A stretch of 63,792 nucleotides of DNA, the filler included, from Chiloscyllium plagiosum (taxonomy: Eukaryota), in the NCBI RefSeq assembly GCF_004010195.1. It is 4 parts of 2 records of this genome, joined end to end, with 100 filler letters (N's around TTAATTAATTAA, not from the genome) between each part and the next. Parts side by side here need not be neighbours in the genome. Positions count along the whole stretch, not along the records: positions 23,836 to 46,850 come from NC_057711.1; positions 46,951 to 59,492 come from NC_057711.1; 2 more parts are not named here. One strand, given 5' to 3'. The position numbers and the translations under genes are program-made. Positions within the stretch are counted from its first letter, which is position 1, and each line of letters begins with the position of its first letter. Below are positions 38,199 through 50,081 of this stretch, in pieces. The notes beneath the pieces are model-generated. The model searched no databases and was not told the DNA's origin. It was given only the letters and a program-made list of their open reading frames with translations.

Positions 38199-38293
38199 GT
38201 GGTAAAAACAATGACTGCAGAGGCTGGAAACCAGATTCTGGATTAGTGGTGCCTGAAATGCTATGCTCTTCCAGCACCACTAATCCAGAATCT
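38199..38293. mobile_element. Minimal PLE family A' fold-back with perfect 15-bp TSD
   Basis: CCAGATTCTGGATTAGTGGTGC / GCACCACTAATCCAGAATCTGG; TSD GGCTGTTTCTTCAAG at 38184-38198 and 38294-38308. Confidence 0.9.
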
Positions 38294-38462
38294 GGCTGTT
38301 TCTTCAAGCCTGCTGAACAATTTTTAATTTCCATTGACTGATTTTGATACCGGAGATTTTTAAGAACCAAAATGGTTACAGAAAGGAAGAAATACAAATT
38401 AAAAATGGCCACAGCTATCAATTCACCATGGATTAAGCCAATTTCAGAAAAGCAATGTGAAA

Positions 38463-38768
38463 TAGATTAGATTAGATTCCCTACAGTGTGGAAACAGACC
38501 CTTCGGCCTAACAAGTCCACACCAACCCTCTGAAGAGTAACCCACCCAGACCCATTTCCCTCTGACTAATGCACCTAACACTATGGGCAATTTAGCGTGG
38601 CCAATTCATCTGATCATCTTTGGACTGTGGGAGGAAACCGGAGCAAATCCATGCAGACACGGGGAGAATGTGCAAACTCCATACAGGCAGTCACCCAAGG
38701 CTGGAATCGAACCCAGGTCCCTAGTGCTGTGAGGCAGCAGTGCTAACCACTGAGCCACCGTGCTGCCC
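38463..38768 (-). mobile_element. HE1-like SINE, followed by family D PLE terminus (38770-38910)
   Basis: (TAGAT)n tail...CTAACCACTGAGCCACCGTGCTGCCC. Confidence 0.9.
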
Positions 38769-38934
38769 AAAACAAAAACAGAAAGTGCTGGAGAAACTCA
38801 GCAGGTCTGCTCATATCTGTGAGAGAAAAACAGAATTAAAAATTCGAGTACAGAGATCCTTCGTCAGAACTGGTGTCTGTTCTTTGTCAGTTCTGATGAA
38901 CAACCTTTGGATTAAAATAGTGCCCAAGGGGCAC

Positions 38935-39870
38935 TAGCATACCTCTCTGCCAGGATATTGGTGTCCCTCCACTTTATGTGCAACCCGTCCTTCTTGTACA
39001 GGCCCGATCTGCCCTGGAAGGGATCCCAATGATCCCAATATCTGAAGCCCTCCCTCCTACACCAGCTCTTTAGTCACACATTCAACTGTACTACCTCCCT
39101 ATTTCTGGCCTCAGTAGCATATGGCATGGGAGTAATCTGGGATTACAACCCTAGAGGTCCTGCTTTTCAATTTACTACTGAACTCCCTAAATTCTCTTTG
39201 CAGGACCTCATCTCTCTTCCTGCTAATGATGGTGGTACATGATCTCTGGCTGCTCACCCTTCCCTTTCAGAATATCCAGTGACTGCTCAGAGACATCCTT
39301 GATCCTGGCACTAGGGAAGCCATACACCATCCTGGAGTCTCTTTTGCAGCCACGGAAGTGTCTGTCTGTGCCCCTAACTATAGAGTCCCCTACCACTATT
39401 GCTTGCCTACACTTCAACCCTCCCTGCTGTACAACAGAGCCACAGGCTGTTACTGCTTTCACCTGACAGGCCATCCTCCCAATATTATCCAACACCAGCT
39501 CAGATGAAGAGTCATCTCGATTTGAAACGTCAGCTTGCTCTCTCTCCATGGATGCAGCCTGACCCACTGTGATCTCCAGCATTTGTTGTTTTCATTATCC
39601 AACACCTGTTAGAGAGGGGAATAGCTACAGGCGATTTCTGCACTGTCCCTCCTGGCAGGCACTCTGGCTGAACCTCTGGTGTGACCACATCCCTGAAACT
39701 CCTTTCTGTAAAACTTTCAGTCTCCTGTATGCTTCTCGGTAACTCCAACAGCCGCTCCAACCTGACACACCATGCAGACACACTTCCTGCAGTCATAGTT
39801 GTCTGGGGCATTTGATTGCTCCCTGATCTCCCAAATCTCATAAGAGGAGCATGCTATTCAACTAACTGCC
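38935..39870 (-). mobile_element. CR1-type LINE ORF1 remnant with SGNH esterase
   Basis: RQAIVVGDSIVRGTDR...PSARIKDVSE (block I GDS) in ORF 39223..39582. Confidence 0.8.
39497..39593 (+). mobile_element. PLE-derived family C terminus with 13-bp TSD
   Basis: CTCAGATGAAGAGTCATCTCGATTTGAAACGTCAG; TSD ATTATCCAACACC at 39484-39496 and 39594-39606. Confidence 0.85.
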
Positions 39871-39940
39871 ATTAGTATCACTCTAGTAATTATTGGACTG
39901 AAAAAAAAGGAATGACCTCACCTTGCCGTAGCTTAATGCT

Positions 39941-40607
39941 AAGTAGACAAGCAGGGGGGCTGGAAGAACACAGCAAGCCAGGCAGCATCTGAAGGTGGAG
40001 AAGTCAATGTTTCAGGTGTAGCTCTTCTTCAGGACTGGGGGTGGAGGTAGGAGGAGCTGCAAATAAAGAGGGAGAGGGAAGGGTTATAGGTGGGGAGAGG
40101 GGCAGAGTGGTGGGACGGAATGGTGAGGTGTGATAGATACGACCTGCTTGGTTGGTATGAGGAATGAATCCGGTTGGTAGCTGGAAGGAGGAGTAAAATC
40201 GACATTTCGGTCAAAAGCCCTTCATCAGGAATAAAAGCAGAGAGTCTGAAGCGTGGGGAGATAAGCTGGAGGAGGGCGGGGTGGGGAGAAAGTAGCATAG
40301 AGTACAGTAGGTGACCTGGGAGTTGCAGTGGGAGAGGGACTCCCTGAGATTCTTGTAGAGAAAGGAGGAAAACTTCTTCAAGGCAGGCATCCTTGCAAGA
40401 GGATTTGCAGTAGGGTTAAAATCAACTTGCCCGAAACGTCAATTTTACTGCTCCTCGGATGTTGCCTGAACTGCTGTGCTCTTCCAGCACCACTAATCCA
40501 GAATCTGGTTTCCAGCATTGTTTTTACCTAGCTGGAAGGAGAGATCAGTCAGAGGGATAGCAGGGAGGAGGCGGGGCTGGAAAGGGAGTTGGGGGATGGT
40601 GGGAAGG
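39941..40607 (-). mobile_element. PLE family E terminus with nested family A' fold-back (40191-40528)
   Basis: Reverse complement GTCCTGAAGAAGAGCTACACCTGAAACATTGAC; nested insert TSD TAGCTGGAAGGAG at 40178-40190 and 40529-40541. Confidence 0.8.
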
Positions 40608-40669
40608 TTAATGCTGCTAGCCCTCCTCATCAAAGCCCTTACTTTGACCTCACTGTCCCTCTCCAAAAT

Positions 40670-43246
40670 TAAAAATCATACAACACTAGGTTATAGTCCA
40701 ACAGGTTTAATTGGAAGCACTAGCTTTCGGAACGCCGCTCCTTCATCAGGTGGTTGTGGAGGACGCAATTGTAAGGCACACAATTTATAGCAAAAGTTTA
40801 CAGTGTGATGTAACTGAAATTATACATTGAAAAATACCTTCATTGTCTGTTGAGCCTTTCATCTGTTCGAATACCATGATAGTTTCACTTCTTTCATGTG
40901 TAAATCACAAAACATTTTTTAAAATTGCATTCTCAGGTTAGCTGTTAACAATGGTGATAGCTACCACTCACCTATTGTACTCTATGCTACTTTCTCCCCA
41001 TCCCCACCCTCCTCTAGCTTATCTCTCCACGCTTCAGGCTCTCTGCCTTTATTCCTGATGAAGGGTTTTTGCCCGAAATGTCGATTTCGCTGCTCCTTGG
41101 ATGCTGCCTGAACTGCTGTGCTCTTCCAGCACCACTGATCCAGAATCTGGTTTCCAGCATCTGCAGTCATTGTTTTTACCCCATATGTTGAAGGTGTTAG
41201 CCCCCTGTGTTCTCTGTCTATGCCATGATGTTTAGACTGATTCTAATCTAAAAAGTGAGTTAACAGAGTTTTACATGAATTCATGCAGATTTTGAGCAAA
41301 GTACAATGTAACTCTGCAAGTACAAATTCACCCCACAAAATATATGTATATGTGTGCATGTGGGCCTTTGTGTCTGTGTGTGTGTGTCTGTGTGTGTCTG
41401 TCTGGGTTGGGGGGTTGTGACTGCGCGAGAGAGTGTATATGTGTGTGTATGTGAGTGTAGAGTGTCTTAAGTCTGTGAGGGGGTGCATGTGTGAGTCTGG
41501 GAGTGTGTGTGTCTATAGGTGTGTGTGAGTGTCTGTGTGCGTGTCTATGTATATGTGTGTCCGTGTGTATGTGTGTGTATAGGAGTGCCTGTGTGTGTGT
41601 CTGTGTGTGTAGGAGTTTCTGTGTGTGTATATAGTGCAATGGTGATCATCTGTAATGTGACATAAACCCAAGGTCCCGGTTGAGGCCCTCCCTATGGGTA
41701 TGGAACTTAGCTATCAGCCTCTGCTCAGCCACTTTCCGCTGCTGCCTGTCCCGAAGTCCACCTTGGAGGACAGTCACCCGAAGGTCCGAGGTCAAATGTC
41801 CTGGACCACTGAAGTGTTCCCCAACTGGGAGGGAACCCACATGTTCTTCGTGACCTGCAACACATTATCAATGAAGATGAGCACCTCGCCAAGACCTTCC
41901 CCACACCGCCATTGCTTGCCTTTAAACAACCGCCAAACCTCAAACAGATCATTGTTCTTAGCAAGCTGCCCGGCTCTCAGGACAACTCCATACAACCCTA
42001 TCACGGTAGACGCTGCAAGAAGTGTCAGAGTGTGGACATGGATACCACCATTACGCGTGGGGAGACCTCCCACCATGTATGTGACATGTACTCATGTGAC
42101 TCAGCCAATATTGTCTATCTTATACTTTGCAGGCAAGGATGCCCGGAGTAATGGTACATTGGGGAAACTGAGCAAAGGCTACGACAATGGATGAATGGGC
42201 ACCACACAACAATTAACAGACAGGAGTGTTCCCTCCCAGTTGGGGAACACTTCAGTGGTCTAGGACATTCAACCTCGGACCTTCGGGTGACCATCCTCCA
42301 AGGTGGACTTCGGGACAGGCAGCAGNNNNNNNNNNNNNNNNNNNNNNNNNNNNNNNNNNNNNNNNNNNNNNNNNNNNNNNNNNNNNNNNNNNNNNNNNNN
42401 NNNNNNNNNNNNNNNNNNNNNNNNNNNNNNNNNNNNNNNNNNNNNNNNNNNNNNNNNNNNNNNNNNNNNNNNNNNNNNNNNNCACTCACACAGGCATCCT
42501 CTCAGAGACTTAGACCATTCTACACTCATGCACACACATATACACTCTCTCTCACAGACACTCACAACCCCCCACCCCCGACACACACACACACTCCCAC
42601 ACTCACACATGCACCCCCTCACATACTTAAGACACTCTACACTCACATACACATACATATACACTCTCTCTCACACTCACAACTCCCCAACCCAGACAGA
42701 CACACACGAAGACTCACATGCACACATATACATATATTTTGTGGGGTGAATTTGTACTTGCAGAGTTACATTGTACTTTGCTCAAAAATTGCATGAATTC
42801 ATGTAAAACTCTGTTATCTCATGTTTTAGTTTAGAATCAGTCTAAACATCATGGCATAGACAGAGAACACAGGGGGCTAACACCTTCAACATATTGTCTA
42901 GCTAATAGCAATTGTTACAGTTAACCTGAGAATGCAACTTTTAAAAAATGTTTTGTGATTTACACATGAAAGAAGTGAAACTATCACGGTATTCGAACAG
43001 ATGAAAGACTCAAACAGACAATCAAGGTATTTTTCAATGTATAATTTCAGTTACATCATACTGTAAACTTTTTCTATAAATTCTGTGCCTTACAATTGTG
43101 TCCTCCATAACCACCTGATGAAGGAGCGTCGCTCCGAAAGCTCGTGTGCTTCCAATTAAACCTGTTGGACTATAACCTGGTGTTGTGTGATTTTTAACTT
43201 TGTACACCCCAGTCCAACACCAGCATCTCCAAATTATGACTACTAT
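40670..43246. mobile_element. PLE family B large fold-back: GIY-YIG remnant, (CA)n-rich 3' region and hammerhead in both arms
   Basis: Plus arm AFKQPPNLKQIIV...RCKKC...CDSANIVYLILCRQGCPE.WYIGET; minus arm QRKVAEQRLIAKFHTHREGLNRDLGFMSHY; TSD CCTCTCCAAAAT at 40658-40669 and 43247-43258; family A' insert at 40963-41180; gap 42326-42482. Confidence 0.9.
43112..43146 (+). ncRNA. Minimal type I hammerhead ribozyme motif (PLE family B)
   Basis: cac-CTGATGA-A-GGAGC gtc GCTCC-GAAA-GCTC-gtg. Confidence 0.75.
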
Positions 43247-43289
43247 CCTCTCCAAAATGGCTGTTCCTGCTGGATCTTGCCTCCAGCAT

Positions 43290-43517
43290 GGAGAAAGTGA
43301 GGACTGCAGATGCTGGAGATCAGAGCTGAAAATGTGTTGCTGGAAAAGCACAGCAGGTCAGGCAGCATCCAAGGAACAGGAGAATCGACGTTTTGGGCAT
43401 AAGCCCTTCTTCAGAAAGGGCTCATTTCTGAAGAAGGGCTCATGCCCGAAATGTCGATTCTCCTGTTCCTTGAATGCTGCCTGACCTGCTGTGCTTTTCC
43501 AGCAACGCATTTTCATC
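43290..43517. mobile_element. PLE family A fold-back
   Basis: GGAGAAAGTGAGG...CCCTTCTTCAGAAA / TTTCTGAAGAAGGG...CTTTTCCAGCAAC. Confidence 0.85.
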
Positions 43518-44099
43518 CCTTTTATATACTGCTGATTGGAAGGAAAAACTCTTGAGAATCCTCCTCAGAGCCTTCTTACTACTGCCCTCTGTTGGATGCT
43601 CTTCCACCTCTTGAGCGCCATGTCCTCTGTGATCCCCTTCTCAATTGTGGTGACCTGTTTTGTAACTAAAATTTCACTCCTCCCACCGATCTCTACCATT
43701 TACTATTCCTGTCACCATCCTTATGTTTGCTTGATTACTTGTTTGCTGTGACAATTTAAACTTTCTACATTGTGTTTTGTAATCCCAACAATCTTCATGG
43801 CATCATCTACTTTGACTCTCCTGATCAGTTTCTTACCCTCCAAAGGTATCAGGTGCCCTAGCTGAGCATTGTCTGCATCATAAACTTTCAAATAACTATC
43901 AATGATGTATATCACAGATTGTGCAAATAAAATGTAAAAAGAACAGTTTTTGGCATAATCTCGTGGGTTGCAAACTAGATTAAAATTACTCCCACTAAGA
44001 AAGAATAGCGTATGTAAGGCTAATTTAGTTTATCGTGCTCCCAATGAGAGTTTTTATTTCTTTAGTCAGAAGTTCTGCTCTTCACAGTCCATGGTGATT

Positions 44100-45040
44100 T
44101 TGTTCATCTTTGTGGTAGTGCATAATGGACAATATCCAGGTTGGAACTGATAAGTGACAAGTAACATTAATGCCACACAAATGCCAGGCAATAATTGTCT
44201 CCAACAACAGAGTGACTTGAAGCTGAATTGAACCAGTCATTTAATACTATGGCTCCAAGAGCAGATCAGAAGCTGGGAATTCTGCAATGATTAACTCATT
44301 TTCCCTAGTGCCAAGTCAGGAGTAGGGTGGAATGTTTTTCACTCTCCTGGATGATGCAGCTGCAAAAATATACAAAGAGCTTGGCATGATCCAAAAAAAA
44401 GCAGTTCAGAGAGTGGTACTGGAAAAGCACAGCAGATCAAGCAGCATCCAAGGAGCATGAGAATCGATGTTTCATAAATTCTTCATCAGAAATGAGGTCA
44501 TTCCTGATTAAGGGCTCTTGCCTGAAACATCGATTCTCCTGCTCCTCAGATGCTGCCTGATCTGCTGTGCTTTTTCAGCACCACACTCTCAACTCGGATC
44601 TCCAGCATCTGCAGTCCTCACTTTCATCCAGGTGATCCTGGATGAAAGTGAGGACTGTAGCCCACCCACTATGTTCAATATTGACTCCCTTCAAACTTTT
44701 GCAGCAGTATGTGCCATTTACAAGCAACACTTCAGAATAGATCAACCGTCCTTTGACAGCACCTTCCAAACCTATAACCTCCACCATCGAAATGGGCAAA
44801 AGCACTGGATAAAGGGAAACATAACCACTTGCAATTTCCCCTCCAAGCCACACACTCTCAACTATTCAACATTCCTTCTTTGCTGCTTGAGACAAAATCC
44901 CTTGTAACAGAGCTGTGGGTGTCCCTAACGTTTCAGGGACTGCAGCAGTTTGAGAATGCAGCTCACTCTACCTTCTCCAGGGCAGTTAGGAATGAGCAGT
45001 TGACCTGTCAGTCATACCCAGATCCAATGAACAAATATAA
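44100..45040 (+). mobile_element. CR1/L2 LINE 3' portion interrupted by a PLE fold-back (44408-44657)
   Basis: ATAAGTGACAAGTAACATT...GCCACACAAATGCCAGGCAAT and CTCACTCTACCTTCTCCAGGGCAGTTAGG end. Confidence 0.75.
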
Positions 45041-45577
45041 GAAAGTGCAGCTGTTTTACAACTTGCCTCAGTTAAAAGCACATTTGTGAAGTGTCTCCCA
45101 TTTTAGGCCACCTTGGCATTTCACTCCAATGTCAGTTTTAGTGATCTGCTGCCCAAACTGTTTCTGGCTGAAACCAAGATCCCAATTTTGTGGTCAGGTG
45201 TTTCTCGTACATATATAAACAGCTACCCATCACCTTGTGGGTTTTTAAGCAGCAACTTGCAATCTTTAGGGATCCTTGCCTCTACAATGTGAATAAGCAA
45301 CTAATAGCTAGGTTCTTCAAGCTACCCAATGCAATTATCATTACAGAGACACACAGTCTAAACCAGGAAATGTCACTTGGATTTAATTCATTTGAAAATC
45401 AAGTACATAATGGTGAGAGCTGTTAGCTTCACAGCAACACTCAACACAATATTTAGGCCCAAGTTTCAATGTAGGCTGTGGTGGCAGAGCTTCCAACATT
45501 ACTTTGTGACTGATATAGCTGTATCAATGTCCATGATCAAAATGGCAGTATTGTCCTCATAACTGACATACAACTGA

Positions 45578-46110
45578 GAATCACAGAGTAAAACAGCATA
45601 GAAACAGACTCATTGGGCCAACTAGTCCATGCTGACCAAGTTTGCCAAACTAAGCCAGTCCCATTTGCTTGCATTTGACCCATATCTCTCTAAAGCTTTC
45701 CTATTCATGTACCTGTCCAAATGTCTTTTAAATGTTGTAACTGAACTGCATCTACCATTTCCTCTGGCAGTTCATTCCACACATGAACCACCCTCTGTGT
45801 GAAAAGGTTGCCTCTCAGCTCCCTTTTAAATCTTTCTCCTCTCACCTTAATAATATGCCCCTAGTTTTAACCTCTGCAATTCACCTTATCTATGCCCCTC
45901 ATGACGTTATAAACCTCTAATAAGATCACCCCTCAACCTCCTAAACTCCAGTGAAAAAACGTACCAGCCTGTCCAGTCTCTCCCTATAGCTCAAACCCTC
46001 CAGTCCCAGCAATATCCTTGTAAATCTTTTCTGAACCCTCTCCAATTTAATAATATCCTTTGCATAGCAGAGTTACCAGAACTGTACACAGTATTCCAAA
46101 AGTAACTTAA
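45578..46110 (-). mobile_element. HER1/CR1-like LINE 3' end
   Basis: Reverse of the 24725-25320 and 50250-50908 family. Confidence 0.85.
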
Positions 46111-46532
46111 TAAGCCATGACAGAAATTGGCACAATGTTAGAAACATGTAACTGCCCAGTTGCTACAAAGTTACAGCTCCAATTACAACTTAAAGATAGC
46201 ACATTGAAATATGACAGTGAAGGTCCACATTATTACCACAACAGAGCAATATTTCCACAAGTATTGCTTTTGCGTCATCTGAGTATCATGGTAATTCAGT
46301 TACCATCTACTCTCATACGTAAGCATAAAATAGAAAACATGTTGCCATTATAGTGACTTTGGTATCTCTATGAATTGATCAAGTATCCAGATCATAATGT
46401 CCCCAACTATAACAATCAGCCAGTCTCTGAGTTAGGTGATCTCACATTGAATCATTAAAATTGGTCTCATTGCTTCTCAGTAAGAATGGGGATAATTCTA
46501 GTTTGTGGTCATTATACAATTCAACACAATTA

Positions 46533-46850
46533 TAAGACCATAAGACCATAAGACATAGGAGCGGAAGTAAGGCCATTCGGCCCATCAAGTCCACTCCGCC
46601 ATTCAATCATGGCTGATGAGCATTTCAACTCCACTTACCCGCATTCTCCCCGCAGCCCTTAATTCCTTGTGACATCAAGAATTTATCAATCTCTGCCTTG
46701 AAGACATTTAGCGTCCCAGCCTCCACTGCACTCTGTGGCAATGAATTCCACAGGCCCACCACTCTCTGGCTGAAGAAATGTCTCCGCATTTCTGTTCTGA
46801 AATGACCCCCTCTAATTCTAAGGCTGTGTCCACAGGTCCTAGTCTCCTCG
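46533..46850 (-). mobile_element. Young CR1-like LINE 3' end with (TAAGACCA)n tail
   Basis: TAAGACCATAAGACCATAAGACATAGGAGCGGAAGTAAGGCCATTCGGCCC; CpGs retained. Confidence 0.85.
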
Positions 46851-46950
46851 NNNNNNNNNNNNNNNNNNNNNNNNNNNNNNNNNNNNNNNNNNNNTTAATT
46901 AATTAANNNNNNNNNNNNNNNNNNNNNNNNNNNNNNNNNNNNNNNNNNNN

Positions 46951-47022
46951 TCCACCTCACCTCACTCCACACCACTCCACCCCACCCCACTCCACCCCAC
47001 CCCACTCCACCCCTCCCCTCCA
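46951..47022 (+). repeat. (CCACY)n pentamer repeat next to a gap
   Basis: TCCACCTCACCTCACTCCAC...CCACCCCACTCCAC. Confidence 0.8.
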
Positions 47023-47795
47023 CATCAATGAGTGCCTCTTTGAATGTGCTCAAATAACTACCCAGTAATGGCCCTCAAATATACTTCAACTGATACAATT
47101 AACACCTTTGGAGAGATTAGAGGTTTAAAACAACAACTGCTTACCACCTTTTCAGGGGCAATTATGGATAAACAATAAACACTGGCTTAGTGATACTCAA
47201 ATCACGTGAAAGAATTTTTTAAAAAATTGTCTATTTTCTCTACTACCTCAACTTTTATTGTTGGCTGATAGATTTAGCAACTAAGGCAATTTGGTTTCAA
47301 GGGTAAAAAAGCTTACAATTGAACTTCATTACTGTTCTCACGCTCTGACAAATGCAAACTGCCTTACACTGCCTCGGTCTGATTCACAAAACCATGATTT
47401 AGAAAACAGATAACAATTTCTAACATTGTGCAATAGCAAAAGCCTGAATATGTTTATTTTTTGTTTTAATTTATCCACAGTATGTTATCTGAAGCTCAAT
47501 ACTGAGGCATAATGAGGGACTGCACAAAAACTGCTGCCAGCTACTCAGATGTTTTTATAAGACTGGTCAGCAACTCAAGCACAGATATCATTGTGAGTTT
47601 TTCTTTTGCTTTTTCTATCAAAATTTGAGTACTTAAAACTAGGAGCTGGGAAATTAAGAATTTAAACTAGGTTACAGTAGCAGCAAATGAATTTGGTCTT
47701 CTATTAATACTAGTAAGACTCATTAGCAGTGACCCAAAGACCTCATGTCCAATGACATTGAATTTCCGAGGTGGACAGTCATACTCAATACTTAT

Positions 47796-48068
47796 AAATA
47801 GGCAAAAGTGAGGACTGCAGATGCTGGAGATCAGAGTCGAGAGTGTGGTGCTGGAAAAGCACAACAGGTCAGGCAGCATCTGAGGAGCAGGAGAATCGAC
47901 ATTTCGGGTGTAAGCCCTTCATGAAGGGCTTTTGAATCCTGATGAAGGGCTTTTGCCTAAAACGTTGATTCTCCTGCTCCTCGCATGCTGCCTGATCCGC
48001 TGTGCTTTTCTAACACCACACTCTCGACTCTAATCTCCAGCATCTGCAGTCCTCACTTTTGCCTATTT
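47796..48068. mobile_element. Fully symmetric PLE family A fold-back
   Basis: AAATAGGCAAAAGTGAGG...CCTCACTTTTGCCTATTT; both arms carry the full terminus. Confidence 0.9.
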
Positions 48069-48069
48069 C

Positions 48070-49580
48070 CACCTAATCATGAGAGGCATAGTTAAGGTAG
48101 ATAGCCAACAGTTCTTCCCCATGGTAGGGGAGTTCCCATGGTAGGGGAGGGCATAGATTTAAGGTGACAGGCACAAATACAAAAGGGTCCAGAGGGGCAA
48201 TATTTTCCACACAGAGGGTGGCGTGTGTCTGGAATGGGCTGGCAGGTGGAAGAAAGTACATTTTCATCATTTAAGAAACACTTAGATAGGTGCACATCTT
48301 AACCCTAATCTCTATCACTTGTCATCCATGGAATTTGTTTATCATAACCTTTCCCCTCACTTTTCTCTTTGTTGGGAATGTACTTGGCTTTGTTCAAATG
48401 ATCACTTCTTTAATGGCAGTCCATTATTCAGTTCCTGTTTCCCATGCCATCTTTGATTGAAATATATCTGCCTCAGATCCAATATTTCCCAACTGGAATA
48501 ATCTTTCCCTCAGTTAATTTATTCCAGTTTGGATAGTCTGGCCAACCTAAAACTTTGGTATAATGATCATTGCCCCAGAGTGTTCTCCTGTTGACACTTG
48601 ACCTAATTGCTTCACCTTATTTTGAGGACCAGTTCTCATAGGACTGAAACCGTACTGCTTTTTTAAATTCTCTGAACACAACTTAGGTAGTCTTGCTCAG
48701 AAAGCTTGTGATTTCAAATAAATCTTTTGGACTATTGCCTACTCTCATATGACTTCTGACTTGGTCCACCCTAGTCCAACACCAACATTTCCACATCCTA
48801 TTATCCCAGCAGATGTTTGCATACCACAGTTCCCCATGATAGTTACTCTATAATTTATATACATTTCTGTAAATGTCTTGCAAATTTATTTGCCCATGGA
48901 TTACACTGAACAACATGTTTGCACTGTTTTCCTTAGCTGTAGCCAAATAGATTCTGTCCTTGACCTCTCTCTCCAGCAACTGCAACGTTCTCAATCAATA
49001 AGGCCACCGATCCCCTTTTCTGCCTTTCCCTTCTTTTATGAATGCCTTATATCTAGAAAGATTTTACATGCAGTCCTTTTTTTAATCATATAGTTTTTCA
49101 GTATGCTAACATGCATGTGTAACTGACTAACCTTATTTATTGCATTACATGCAGTCACAGACATGCACAGTAACACTGGTTTAGACTGTAATATATTCCA
49201 CTTCCAATAATCTTTCTTACTAAATTACTGTTGCCTACCCAAAAGCTGTATGTCTGGCCTAGTGCTCTGTGTGCCTTAGTGTTCCTCTCTGAGAGTACCT
49301 CTTGATTTCTACACGATTGCCAAATGACTTTAAATCTTCTCCAACAGCATTAGCAAATTCCTCCAAATGCATATCAGCCTCAACTCTGTTCAGGCCCAAC
49401 CCAATGGGTTTGGATATGACCCATCTCCCCCAGAACTGCTCCCAATGTCCCAGAAATCAAAAGCCACCCCTCCTGCACTATCTTTCCTGTCAATGTATGT
49501 ATTAATCTGCTTTATCCTCCTATTTGCATAATCATTTATGTGTGACCCTGGGATAATATGAAGAATTCTACTTTTGAGAA
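48070..49580. mobile_element. CR1-like fragments: plus-strand 3' piece (48070-48295), then degenerate minus-strand ORF2/ORF1 esterase
   Basis: ATCATGAGAGGCATAGTTAAGGT...TTTTCCACACAGAGGGTGG; FDFWDIG in ORF 49390..49590. Confidence 0.6.
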
Positions 49581-49743
49581 GTCTACTCACTCAATTTTTA
49601 TTGTTGGCTGATGGATTTAGCAGCTAAAGCAGTTTAGTTACACACAAAATTAATCTTACCTTGAACTTAGTTCCCATTCTCATGTTCTTCGAAACACATA
49701 CTCCTTTACACTGTCTCAGTATGATTCACCAAAAAGTACATAA

Positions 49744-50081
49744 CATAGAATCACTGCAGTGTGGAAGCAAGCCATTTGACCCAATGAATCCACACCAACC
49801 CTCCAAAGAGCATCCCATCCAAATCCATCCCAACTCTGTACTTCTGCATTTCCCATGGTTAAAATATTTAGCCTGCACATCCCTGTATAATACAGGGCAA
49901 TTTAGCAAGGCCAATCCACCTAACTTGCACATCTTCCGATTGTGAGAGGAAATCGGAGCACCTGGGGGAATCCCATGCAGACACGGGAAGAACATGCAAA
50001 CTCCACACAGACAGTCAATCAAATCTGGGTTCATGGCGCTGTGAGGCAGCAGTGCTAACCACTGAACCACGGTGCTACCCC
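49744..50081 (-). mobile_element. HE1-like SINE inserted in a locally duplicated unique segment
   Basis: GCGCTGTGAGGCAGCAGTGCTAACCACTGAACCAC. Confidence 0.85.

Larger units (their letters stand above)
37075..38330 (-). mobile_element. Ty3/Gypsy remnant: integrase C-terminus, PPT-like tract and 3' LTR
   Basis: KKQP..LDVKLSRLLLEFRTTP...PAKLLMGRR...LNLMFPDL; purine tract GGGAGTGA at ~37316 precedes LTR-like 37075-37306, which contains AATAAA on the minus strand. Confidence 0.75.
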
